64,000 bases of DNA. Origin: Eubacteriales bacterium (GTDB lineage: Bacteria > Bacillota > Clostridia > Oscillospirales > CAG-382). Numbering within the stretch: the stretch's first letter is position 1; each line of letters opens with the position of its first letter. Below, one piece after another: positions 35,895 to 43,941 of the stretch. The DNA is taken from assembly GCA_045637685.1 (NCBI GenBank), contig JAZTZW010000018.1, forward strand, positions 52,004 through 116,003. The letters are read 5' to 3'. Made by a program: the position numbers and the translations under genes. Under the pieces are notes generated by a model. That model was given only the letters and a program-made list of their open reading frames with translations, searched no databases and was not told the origin of the DNA.

Positions 35895-35945
35895 ATATTG
35901 TTATGAATTTGTAAAAGTTCAAAGGGGTTCTCTCCGCTTCGGGCA

Positions 35946-35974
35946 TTGACAAATTATTTGATTTGTTATAAACT
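35946..35974 (+). promoter_or_regulatory. candidate sigma-70-type promoter of the SGNH lipoprotein gene
   Basis: TTGACA, then TATAAA/TAAACT 15-17 nt downstream. Confidence 0.4.
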
Positions 35975-36019
35975 GCGTATATACGCCGTAGAGAAAAAAC
36001 ACGGCGAACGGAGGATATT

Positions 36020-37177
36020 ATGAAAAAGAAAATTTTATGCATACTGCTTTGTATGCTTATGCTCGCTTCCTTCGCGGCTTGCGGAGAAGGAAGCGAAGAT
36101 TCGTCGATAGCCGACGAAACCTCTGCCGAGGAATCGGTACCCCCGAAAACCCCCGTGATAAACGGTATCGAGCTTTCGGAATTCACCGTTGTTTATAAAA
36201 ACGAAGGTGTTGGCTGTGACTATAAAACGCTTGCAAAGAATTTTGTAAGCTACGTAAAGGAAACCTTCGATATAACCCTTACCTGCCGCGACGAAACCTT
36301 CCCCGCGACGGATAACGAAATAATTTTCGGTCTTGCGGCAAACCGCGATATTGCGAAGGAAAACAAAGCCGATTACGGCTACGGCGGCTACAAGCTTGTT
36401 ATAAAGGGAAGCAAGGTGCTTATTGCAAGCTCCTACCCGCAGGGATGTAACGCGGGAAGCGAAGCCTTGCTCGGAAAGATAATCGAATCGTCCGACGGAG
36501 TGTTTACGGATATGGAAATGAGCGGAGAAAAGAAGATAATAAAGGTTGCCTGCGTTGGCGACAGCATTACGCAGGGTATTAACTCTATCGACAATGTAAA
36601 TAAGACCTACCCTGCATATATTCAGGAAATGCTCGGTTACGATTATTACGTTCTTAACGCGGGCTTGAGCGGCTATTCGATATGCAATATCGACGGATAC
36701 GCATACCACAAGTCCAAGCAGTTCACCGAATCGCGCGAGCTCCGCCCCGACGTTGTGCTTTTCGCGCTCGGCACGAACGACGCAAACCCCACCCCCGACC
36801 AGCCCTATAAAAATTGGGAAGACCCGCAGTACGACAGAACGAACGTATTTATAAAGAGCACCAACGACCTGCTCGACGCTTATGTAAAAGCCAACCCCGA
36901 CGTTCAGATAATTATGATTCTTCCCGCGTCGCTCTTTAAAGTCGGCTCAGACGGCTGGAACGCAGAGGCGTGGACGGCAAACATAGTTAAGTATGCTCAC
37001 CCCTTGCTCGTGCAGATAGCAAAGGAACGCAACCTTCAAACGGTAGATATGTTCCCGTGGTCGAAACAGAACAAGGAGGTATTCACCGACGGCTTGCACC
37101 CGAAGGACGAAACCTATAAAACCTTTGCGCAGTATATCTACGATAACATTAAGGACACTATTAAAAAGCCCGAATAA
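36020..37177 (+). CDS. SGNH/GDSL hydrolase lipoprotein with N-terminal accessory domain
   Basis: Lipobox (LASFAAC), block I GDSITQG (ACVGDSITQG), and DGLHP near the C-terminus (block V DxxH). 385 aa. Confidence 0.85.
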   Translation: MKKKILCILLCMLMLASFAACGEGSEDSSIADETSAEESVPPKTPVINGIELSEFTVVYKNEGVGCDYKTLAKNFVSYVKETFDITLTCRDETFPATDNEIIFGLAANRDIAKENKADYGYGGYKLVIKGSKVLIASSYPQGCNAGSEALLGKIIESSDGVFTDMEMSGEKKIIKVACVGDSITQGINSIDNVNKTYPAYIQEMLGYDYYVLNAGLSGYSICNIDGYAYHKSKQFTESRELRPDVVLFALGTNDANPTPDQPYKNWEDPQYDRTNVFIKSTNDLLDAYVKANPDVQIIMILPASLFKVGSDGWNAEAWTANIVKYAHPLLVQIAKERNLQTVDMFPWSKQNKEVFTDGLHPKDETYKTFAQYIYDNIKDTIKKPE

Positions 37178-37180
37178 AAC

Positions 37181-37211
37181 AAAAGGACTCGGTGAAAAAC
37201 CGAGTCCTTTT
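37181..37211. terminator. bidirectional terminator hairpin
   Basis: aaaaggactcggt-gaaaa-accgagtcctttt between convergent genes. Confidence 0.65.
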
Positions 37212-37251
37212 GCGTAAGGGGATGGGATAAAAAGTAATAGTAAGGAGGGAA

Positions 37252-38121
37252 TTATTCTTCAATATAGGGGAATCTTTCGGTGTAACGGGGAACGCCGGGA
37301 AGAAATTCGCCGGTGGAAAGGGTGGTGCCGTTCCAGCAGCTGTTTTCACCGTCAAAGCCGATGATGTGTGCAAAGGATTCCTCTGCTTCAAGCTTGTCGT
37401 TAACGCCGTTTTCAAGCTGTGCTATCTTTTCTGCGACAAGCGATTCCATAAAAGCGATAACCGTTTCGCCGTTGCCGAGAGGATAGCCTGTTTGGGTGAA
37501 TTCGTAAATTTCGTTCTCCTCTACACCGTAGGAAAATGCAAGGCTGCCGCAGCAACCGCTTGCTCTTTCGGTAAGGCGGTGTACCCAATAAAATTCAACA
37601 CGGTATTCCGCTTCGGGAATATAAACGGGAACGTCTTCGGGGTTGTGAGGGTTGAAAAGCTCTGCGGTGTAATCGAAATCGGCTTCGAATATCTTGCAGA
37701 ATTCGTCATAAAGCTCGTCCTCGGTAAGCCATACCTGACCGACAAGCTTACCGGTTTTGTGCTCGAATACGTCGATAACGATATCCTTCCAGATAACGTA
37801 TTCAAAGCCGGGGTGGTCGTAGCCTGTTTCTTCGGAGGTTGTTACCACAGCAAGCGTATCGAGCGCAGGAAGGGTGGTGTCGGGGTATTGTGCGGGAGCG
37901 TCCACGGTGGGAACGTCCTCTGCGGGTGCATTGTCCGCTTTGGTTTCGGGTGCGGGCACTTCCTCGTTCAGCTCTGCGCCGACCGTTCCGCTGTCTGCCG
38001 CCGATTCTGCTGTCGAATCGTCGATAGCCGAGGTATCAAGCAGCGAAAGCCCTGCGGTAAGAACAAGCGCCGCCGCGGTAATAAGTGCCGCCGTTATCAA
38101 TGCGAGTGTTTTGTTTTTCAT
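37252..38121 (-). CDS. secreted hypothetical protein, family A copy 2 (289 aa)
   Basis: Signal peptide MKNKTLALITAALITAAALVLTAGLSLLDTSA, core VIDVFEHKTGKLVGQ, C-terminal ERFPYIEE. Paralog of 34899-35834. Confidence 0.75.
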   Translation of the reverse strand: MKNKTLALITAALITAAALVLTAGLSLLDTSAIDDSTAESAADSGTVGAELNEEVPAPETKADNAPAEDVPTVDAPAQYPDTTLPALDTLAVVTTSEETGYDHPGFEYVIWKDIVIDVFEHKTGKLVGQVWLTEDELYDEFCKIFEADFDYTAELFNPHNPEDVPVYIPEAEYRVEFYWVHRLTERASGCCGSLAFSYGVEENEIYEFTQTGYPLGNGETVIAFMESLVAEKIAQLENGVNDKLEAEESFAHIIGFDGENSCWNGTTLSTGEFLPGVPRYTERFPYIEE

Positions 38122-38160
38122 ATAAACACTCCTCCTTTCTGTAAAGGTAGCTTAACCCCG

Positions 38161-38181
38161 CGATATTCTGGATTTGTTCGG
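38161..38181 (-). promoter_or_regulatory. conserved 21-nt leader/promoter motif upstream of family A copy 2
   Basis: Identical to 35874-35894 and also 40 nt from the start codon. Confidence 0.5.
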
Positions 38182-38204
38182 GAAATATTAGAGAGTTGTA
38201 AAAG

Positions 38205-39572
38205 TTATTTTTGTTCGCCCGTAAAGCGAATCGTTGCAACCGTACCCTCGCCGACCGTCGATTCAAAACGCAATTCCGCGCCGTGCGCCTTTGCGATACG
38301 GTCGCATAAAGCAAGCCCCAAGCCCGTGCCGCCGTCTGCGCGGTTGCGCGATTTGTCGGTGCGGTAAAACGGCTCGGTAATGCGCGCCAGCTGTTCTTCG
38401 GTCATACCGATTCCGTTGTCGCGCACGTAAATAACCGCGCTTTGCTCCTCGGCGTAACAGCCGATTTCCACTCTGCCTCCGCACTTGCACGCCTTTATCG
38501 CGTTGCCGATAAGGTTTGTAATCGCCATTTCGACAAGCAAGGAATCGCACACACAGTAAACGCTTTTTGCCGCAACGCGAAGCTCGACACCGTTCGAAGC
38601 CGCGGTAAACGACAGCTTTTTAACCGCGTTTGCCGCAATCTCGCCTAAATTTGCGTTTTCGGGCTGAATTCCGTTTTCGCGTATAAAGGCATCGTCGAGC
38701 AAACGCTCGCTTATAAGCTTTAATCGCTCGGATTCGCTTATTATAAATTCGGTAGCCTCTATTTTTTCGTCCTCGTTTATATTTGCGTTAAGCAGATATT
38801 CGGCATAGCCGCGAATAGAGGTAAGCGGTGTTCGCATTTCATGCGCGAGGTTATCGAGCATACGCTGTTTTATTTCGGCGTTTTCTTCAAGCTCGTTCAT
38901 CTGAACGCTTATATGCTCCGCCATACGGTTAAAATCGGCGGCAAGGAGCGAAAATTCGTCCCTGCCCGATTCGTCGGCGCGTATTGCGTAATTGCCGTTT
39001 GCAAACTCCTGCGTAGCCTTGCTCAAACGCTCAAGCGGGCCGGAAAGCTTGTGAAGCACAAAGAAAAGTATAAGCGCGAGCAGAGCCGAAGCGCCCAGCG
39101 AGGTGCAGATATAAACTATCGAAAGGTTTTTAAAATCCTCGTCGAGATAGGTTATATCCTTCGCGTAGGTTAACCGATACTGTCCGTTTGCCACGGTTTC
39201 GCTAATAAAAAGTATGCGCCTTCCGTTAATGCGCTGTGTCGAGGAGCCGCCGCTTGCGGGAATAACCGAGCCCTTGGGCAGGTTGGTGTATTTTATTTCG
39301 CTGTCAACAAACGAATAAAAGCAAAGCCCGATATCCTTTTCGATGTAATAGCTGCCGTAGGAATCCATAACCTGCGCTCTGCCGATGTTGCCGAGATAGG
39401 TAATATCGTCCTCGAAGGATTTGGCAATAACGCTTTGCTCCGACTTTGCAAGCTGTTCGGCGGCTTCTATGTTTTTCTGCTGTGTGTAATAGGCGAGCGA
39501 AAAGATTCCGACGTTGAAAAACAGCAAAAAGAGCACGAGTGATATAAGATAGGTTTTGTCCTTGAATCTCAT
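38205..39572 (-). CDS. sensor histidine kinase (two TM helices, extracellular domain, HAMP, HisKA, HATPase_c)
   Basis: H-box LAHEMRTPLTSI and the N, G1 and G2 boxes (NLIGNAIKA, DNGIGM, GTGLGLA). 455 aa. Confidence 0.9.
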   Translation of the reverse strand: MRFKDKTYLISLVLFLLFFNVGIFSLAYYTQQKNIEAAEQLAKSEQSVIAKSFEDDITYLGNIGRAQVMDSYGSYYIEKDIGLCFYSFVDSEIKYTNLPKGSVIPASGGSSTQRINGRRILFISETVANGQYRLTYAKDITYLDEDFKNLSIVYICTSLGASALLALILFFVLHKLSGPLERLSKATQEFANGNYAIRADESGRDEFSLLAADFNRMAEHISVQMNELEENAEIKQRMLDNLAHEMRTPLTSIRGYAEYLLNANINEDEKIEATEFIISESERLKLISERLLDDAFIRENGIQPENANLGEIAANAVKKLSFTAASNGVELRVAAKSVYCVCDSLLVEMAITNLIGNAIKACKCGGRVEIGCYAEEQSAVIYVRDNGIGMTEEQLARITEPFYRTDKSRNRADGGTGLGLALCDRIAKAHGAELRFESTVGEGTVATIRFTGEQK

Positions 39573-40216
39573 AGCTCGAACCTGTATCCTGTCTTGTAAA
39601 GTGTCTTTAAGCGTTCCGAAAGACCCAGCTTTGCGCGCAGCTGACGTATATGCACGTCGACGGTGCGGGTGTCGCCCTCGTAATCATAGCCCCATACGAG
39701 CGCAATAAGCTTCTCGCGCGAGAGGGCGATGTTTCGGTTAAGAATAAGCGTTTCGAGCAGGGAATATTCCTTCGGGGTAAGAATCACCTCTCCGCCCGAA
39801 CGGAACACCTTCTTCGCCGAAAAGTCGATAGTCACGTCGTCGAAATTAAGTCTTTCGTCCTCTTTTTTTGTGCGGCGCAAAACCGCGCGCACGCGCAAAA
39901 GAAGCTCCTGAATCTCGAACGGCTTTACAATGTAATCGTCCGCGCCCAGGGAAAGCCCCTTTAATCGGTCGTTTATGCCCTCCTTCGCCGTTACAAAAAT
40001 AACGGGTGTTCCGCTCGCGTGGGTTATAAGCTCGTAGCCCGAGGCGTGCGGGAGCATAATGTCGAATATCATAAGGTCGAATCTGTCGCTCTCCATAATT
40101 TCAAGCGCGTCTTTTCCGTCGCTCAAGCCCACGCAGGTGTGACCGACAAGCTCTAAATTGCGCTGAATAAGGTTGCGTATCGGACGCTCGTCCTCTACGA
40201 TAAGTATTTTCGCCAT
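39569..40216 (-). CDS. OmpR-family response regulator
   Basis: Receiver domain (KILIVEDE...DLMIFDIMLP) plus a winged-helix C-terminus (TVDVHIRQLRAKL...GYRF). Start set to the ATG at 40216. Overlaps the HK gene by 4 nt. Confidence 0.9.
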   Translation of the reverse strand: MAKILIVEDERPIRNLIQRNLELVGHTCVGLSDGKDALEIMESDRFDLMIFDIMLPHASGYELITHASGTPVIFVTAKEGINDRLKGLSLGADDYIVKPFEIQELLLRVRAVLRRTKKEDERLNFDDVTIDFSAKKVFRSGGEVILTPKEYSLLETLILNRNIALSREKLIALVWGYDYEGDTRTVDVHIRQLRAKLGLSERLKTLYKTGYRFEL

Positions 40217-40250
40217 AAATATTTTCACCGCCTTTGCAGTAACTGCACTT

Positions 40251-40256
40251 ATTATA
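40251..40256 (-). promoter_or_regulatory. extended -10 element (TGcTATAAT) upstream of the two-component operon
   Basis: Minus strand ATGCTATAAT ~30 nt upstream of the RR ATG. The -35 (TTTATA) is weak. Confidence 0.4.
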
Positions 40257-40308
40257 GCATAATTTTTAATATTATAAATCATATTTGTGATGAAATTGTT
40301 ATAAAAGG

Positions 40309-40341
40309 CAAAAAATCTCCCCGATTTTAGCCTCGGGGAGC
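40309..40341 (-). terminator. rho-independent terminator after the sigma/family-B operon
   Basis: ctccccga/tcggggag stem followed on the minus strand by a T-run (ATTTTTTG). Confidence 0.6.
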
Positions 40342-40353
40342 ATATTTTCGCTG

Positions 40354-41085
40354 TTATTCCGCTTTTTTTAAGCTGTCGATTATAAGCATCGCCTTTTCCT
40401 TGTCGGTGGTGAAAAAGCTGTAGCAGGTTCCGTCGAGGATACCCTCGACATGATGTCCACCGAAGCCGTTGGGACCTTCATTTGAGTATGGGCAGATGTA
40501 AAATACGGTTCCGTGGCTTTCGTATTTTTCTGCATAAGGGTTCATACTTTCACCCGCAAAGGTGGTTCCGGGGCTTATCCAGAATATTTCGTGGTTTTCA
40601 AGCGGATATTCGATCTGCAACGTATTTTGACCTGTTCGGATAACGCTTGTATAGAATGCGTTCTCATATTGCGAATACGAAGGGTAATAAAGACCGTCAC
40701 CGACGTCTGCAACCAGATCGCCGACCGATTTGTAATAGCTTATCGTTTCGTCGATTCGGTCGTCAAGCATAACGTGAAATTCGTTATTCCGAGCAGAGCT
40801 TTTTTCTATAGGCGGAAGAGATTCCTGTTTTTCGTCCTTTTCTTGCATAAAGAAATTTTGTATTTGAATATATATATCGCCGCCGCTTTCGGCAAGCGTG
40901 AGCATCGCACTGAGAGAAAGCAATATCGCCGCGGCAACTGATATTGGTATCAGCTTCGTAGGTGCGATACGGCGGGTGTGCGGCTTTGACTGTAGGGGCG
41001 CCCCTGCGGCTTTCAGCATTTCTTCCTTCGGTGTATGGGCAATGCTGTCGAAATCTTTAACGATTCCTTTTTTTATTCTTTTCAT
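40354..41085 (-). CDS. single-pass membrane protein, family B copy 1; putative anti-sigma/sensor partner with DUF4367-like ectodomain
   Basis: Starts 4 nt after the sigma gene. It has a ~45-aa cytoplasmic N-terminus, a TM helix (LIPISVAAAILLSLSAMLTLA) and a ~175-aa ectodomain homologous to 41690-42352. Confidence 0.6.
   Translation of the reverse strand: MKRIKKGIVKDFDSIAHTPKEEMLKAAGAPLQSKPHTRRIAPTKLIPISVAAAILLSLSAMLTLAESGGDIYIQIQNFFMQEKDEKQESLPPIEKSSARNNEFHVMLDDRIDETISYYKSVGDLVADVGDGLYYPSYSQYENAFYTSVIRTGQNTLQIEYPLENHEIFWISPGTTFAGESMNPYAEKYESHGTVFYICPYSNEGPNGFGGHHVEGILDGTCYSFFTTDKEKAMLIIDSLKKAE
40513..40551 (-). repeat. 39-nt stretch identical to 41849-41887 inside the family B paralogs
   Basis: gtggctttcgtatttttctgcataagggttcatactttc in both genes, encoding part of FAGESMNPYAEKYESH. 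Confidence 0.9.
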
Positions 41086-41089
41086 AGGG

Positions 41090-41614
41090 CTATCCTCCTT
41101 TATAATATTTTCGAAGCTTTGAAAGAGCTCTTTGATATAGCTTTTCGGACGCCGACGGGGTAATGTCCAAAAGCTCGGCGATCTCCTTATGCTTCATTTT
41201 GCAGTATATTTTAAGTATTACCGTTTCGCGTTCTCTTTCACCGAGTGTCGAGAGCGCATCGAGATAAATAAATTCCGATTCCGCGTTAAAATCGGATGCG
41301 CGTGATTCGTCCGGCAAGGAAACGGTTTCGTTTTTGCGTTTTCTTAACATATTTCGCGCTTGGTTCCGCGCGACCGATATTATCCACGCTCTTGCATTCG
41401 GCCCGTTGTAGCTGTCTACGCAATCAAGTATTTCGCAAAGGGTATTCTGCAATGCGTCCTCGGCATCCTGATGATTGTTCAGTATAGCCCACGCCGCCGA
41501 ATATATCTGCCTGTGCATTTTGTCGTATATAACGGCAAGCGCGCTTTTGTCGCCCGATGCGATCGAACGCAAGGCGTTATCGCATACCGTGTTCAAAAAT
41601 GCGTTTTCAAACAT
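41090..41614 (-). CDS. sigma-70 family (ECF-like) RNA polymerase sigma factor
   Basis: 174 aa with region 2 (DAEDALQNT...) and a region 4 HTH (KHKEIAELLDITPSASEKLYQRALSKLR). Confidence 0.85.
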   Translation of the reverse strand: MFENAFLNTVCDNALRSIASGDKSALAVIYDKMHRQIYSAAWAILNNHQDAEDALQNTLCEILDCVDSYNGPNARAWIISVARNQARNMLRKRKNETVSLPDESRASDFNAESEFIYLDALSTLGERERETVILKIYCKMKHKEIAELLDITPSASEKLYQRALSKLRKYYKGG

Positions 41615-41689
41615 CCTAACCCTCTGTCGAAATGTTTTTTAGGGTGTCCGCCCCGAAAGAAATGAGTATTCAGGGCGGACAGTTAGATT

Positions 41690-42352
41690 TTATTCTGCTT
41701 TAGTAAGGCTGTCAATAATAAGCTTTGCTTCTTCGTGGGTTTTTGTAAAGAAGCTGTAGCAGTTTCCTTCAAGCACGCCTTGGACATAATGTCCGCCGTA
41801 GCCGTTGGGGCCTTCCTCTGCATATTGGCAGATATAAAATACGGTTTCGTGGCTTTCGTATTTTTCTGCATAAGGGTTCATACTTTCGCCTGCGAAGGTA
41901 ACTCCGACTTCGATCCAGCAGATCTCAAGATCCTCACGTGCGTATTCGATTTGGAAGACCTTCGGGCCTTCGCCGTTTTCTCCTCTTGCCGAATAGATTA
42001 TTGACGCGGAGCTTGCGTTTTCATAACCCTCGTAAGCGGGGTAGTAAAGGTCGGTTCCGTAGTCCGCTATCGCGTCCTTGACCGAGCTGTAATAGCAAAC
42101 GCTGCTTCCTACGTAGTCGTTCATAAGAACGTCGAAATCGGAGCTCCATTTTTCGGAACGTTCAATAACCGTTTCTTCTGCTTTGTCCTCGCTAACGGGT
42201 TCAACGGTGGCTTCGGGCGCGCCTTCTGCCCTGCTTTCGGTCGCTGCGGGAATTGCGTTTTCGATACCGCTTTCCTCTGCAAGCGCAAACGCCGAGCAGG
42301 CGAACACCGTCGCAACAACACAGACAAAAGCGATAAGTGCTTTGAGTTTCAT
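41690..42352 (-). CDS. secreted protein, family B copy 2 (signal peptide, no membrane anchor)
   Basis: Signal peptide MKLKALIAFVCVVATVFACSAFALA. The C-terminal ~150 aa is homologous to the ectodomain of 40354-41085, including the identical FAGESMNPYAEKYESH. Confidence 0.7.
   Translation of the reverse strand: MKLKALIAFVCVVATVFACSAFALAEESGIENAIPAATESRAEGAPEATVEPVSEDKAEETVIERSEKWSSDFDVLMNDYVGSSVCYYSSVKDAIADYGTDLYYPAYEGYENASSASIIYSARGENGEGPKVFQIEYAREDLEICWIEVGVTFAGESMNPYAEKYESHETVFYICQYAEEGPNGYGGHYVQGVLEGNCYSFFTKTHEEAKLIIDSLTKAE
41849..41887 (-). repeat. 39-nt stretch identical to 40513-40551
   Basis: Second copy of the identical run. Confidence 0.9.
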
Positions 42353-42494
42353 AGATTAATATCTCCTTTTTTAATCGATTAACCGTTGACGTCGTTGGTC
42401 TCATATAATAAGTAACGCAAAACGCTTATTTTCGGACAGCGAAATTGAAAAAATTTGACATTTTTACAGAAAATTTTTTATCTTCGGAATTCGC

Positions 42495-42522
42495 TTGACT
42501 TTATAATTAAAAGGTTTATAAT
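42495..42522 (+). promoter_or_regulatory. sigma-70-type promoter of the MATE gene
   Basis: TTGACT-16nt-TATAAT, ~30 nt upstream of the ATG at 42553. Confidence 0.5.
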
Positions 42523-42552
42523 TTAGTTGATTTTTCAAGTCGGAGGCTTATT

Positions 42553-43941
42553 ATGGCAGTAAGCACGAGAATGAATATGACCGAGGGTCCGCTTTTTAAA
42601 AAGCTGCTTGTTTACGCGCTTCCCGTGCTCGCAACGGGGGTTTTGCAGTTTTTGTATAACTCTGCCGATACCGTTATTGTCGGTCGTTTTGCCGAAGACG
42701 GCGAAACTGCGTTGGCGGCGGTCGGCTCGACAGGCTCGCTCACCGCGCTTATAACAGGCTTGTTTATCGGTCTTGCTGTCGGTGCGAACGTTTCACTTTC
42801 GCATTCCTTCGGCTCCGGACGCGAGGACAGCGTTAAGGATATAGTTCACACATCGGTAACCCTTTCGTTCGTGCTTGGCTTGGTAATAGCTGTGTTCGGC
42901 GTTTTTACGGCACAGCCCTTGCTTGGGCTTATGGGCGTACCCGAAACGGTTATAGCGAAATCGACCCTATATATGCGCACCATATTTTTGGGAATGCCCG
43001 CGCAAATGGCATATAACTACGGTGCGGCGGTGCTTAATGCACGCGGCGATACCAAGCACCCCTTTTATTTCCTGCTGTTTTCGGGAGCATTGAACGTTTG
43101 TCTTAACCTGTTTTTCGTTGTTGTTTGCCGGCTCGACGTTGCGGGCGTTGCGCTTGCAACCATAATTTCGCAATATCTTTCGGCGTTTCTTGTGTTGCGT
43201 CTGCTAACCAAATTCGACGATTGCTGTAAGCTCGACATAAAACACCTTTACGTCCGCAAGGATAAGCTTTTAAAAATAATACGAATCGGACTCCCCGCCG
43301 GCTTGCAGGGCTGTCTGTTTTCGGTTTCGAACGTGCTTATACAGTCTTCGATAAACGGCTTCGGCGCGCCGACAATGGCGGGCAACACCGCCGCGGCGAA
43401 TATCGACGGTATTATCTATATCGCGATGAACGCCTTTTACCACGCCGCGCTTGCCTTTACGGGGCAGAATTCGGGTGCGCTTAAATACGACCGAATAAAA
43501 AAGATTTGCGGAATGTGTACCGCAATGGTAATAGTGTTCGGCATGGTGATAGGAAGCCTTTGCTACCTGCTCGGCCCGAATCTTTTGTCGCTGTTCGGTA
43601 TCGAGGGCGGTGTCGAAACAAGCGAATCGATGCGTGTCGGTATGCAAAGACTTTTGATTGTTGGTTTGCCGTATTTTCTGTGCGGAATGATGGAGGTAAT
43701 GTCGGGTATGCTTCGCGGCTTGGGCGCGTCGCTTGTTTCGGCAACCGTTTCTCTGCTCGGGTCGTGCGTGCTTCGCGTTATTTGGATATACACCGTTTTC
43801 GAGCAATATAGGCAGATAGAGGTGCTTTATGTATCCTATCCCGCCACTTGGATAATAACTACGCTTGCGCATTTCACCTGCTTTGTGATAATATTAAGAA
43901 AGCGCATAAAAACAACCAAAAATTTCGAGGTGAGCGTATGA
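42553..43941 (+). CDS. MATE family efflux transporter
   Basis: 462 aa, 12 hydrophobic helices, typical N-terminus (GPLFKKLLVYALPVLATGVLQFLYNSADTVIVGRF). Confidence 0.9.
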   Translation: MAVSTRMNMTEGPLFKKLLVYALPVLATGVLQFLYNSADTVIVGRFAEDGETALAAVGSTGSLTALITGLFIGLAVGANVSLSHSFGSGREDSVKDIVHTSVTLSFVLGLVIAVFGVFTAQPLLGLMGVPETVIAKSTLYMRTIFLGMPAQMAYNYGAAVLNARGDTKHPFYFLLFSGALNVCLNLFFVVVCRLDVAGVALATIISQYLSAFLVLRLLTKFDDCCKLDIKHLYVRKDKLLKIIRIGLPAGLQGCLFSVSNVLIQSSINGFGAPTMAGNTAAANIDGIIYIAMNAFYHAALAFTGQNSGALKYDRIKKICGMCTAMVIVFGMVIGSLCYLLGPNLLSLFGIEGGVETSESMRVGMQRLLIVGLPYFLCGMMEVMSGMLRGLGASLVSATVSLLGSCVLRVIWIYTVFEQYRQIEVLYVSYPATWIITTLAHFTCFVIILRKRIKTTKNFEVSV

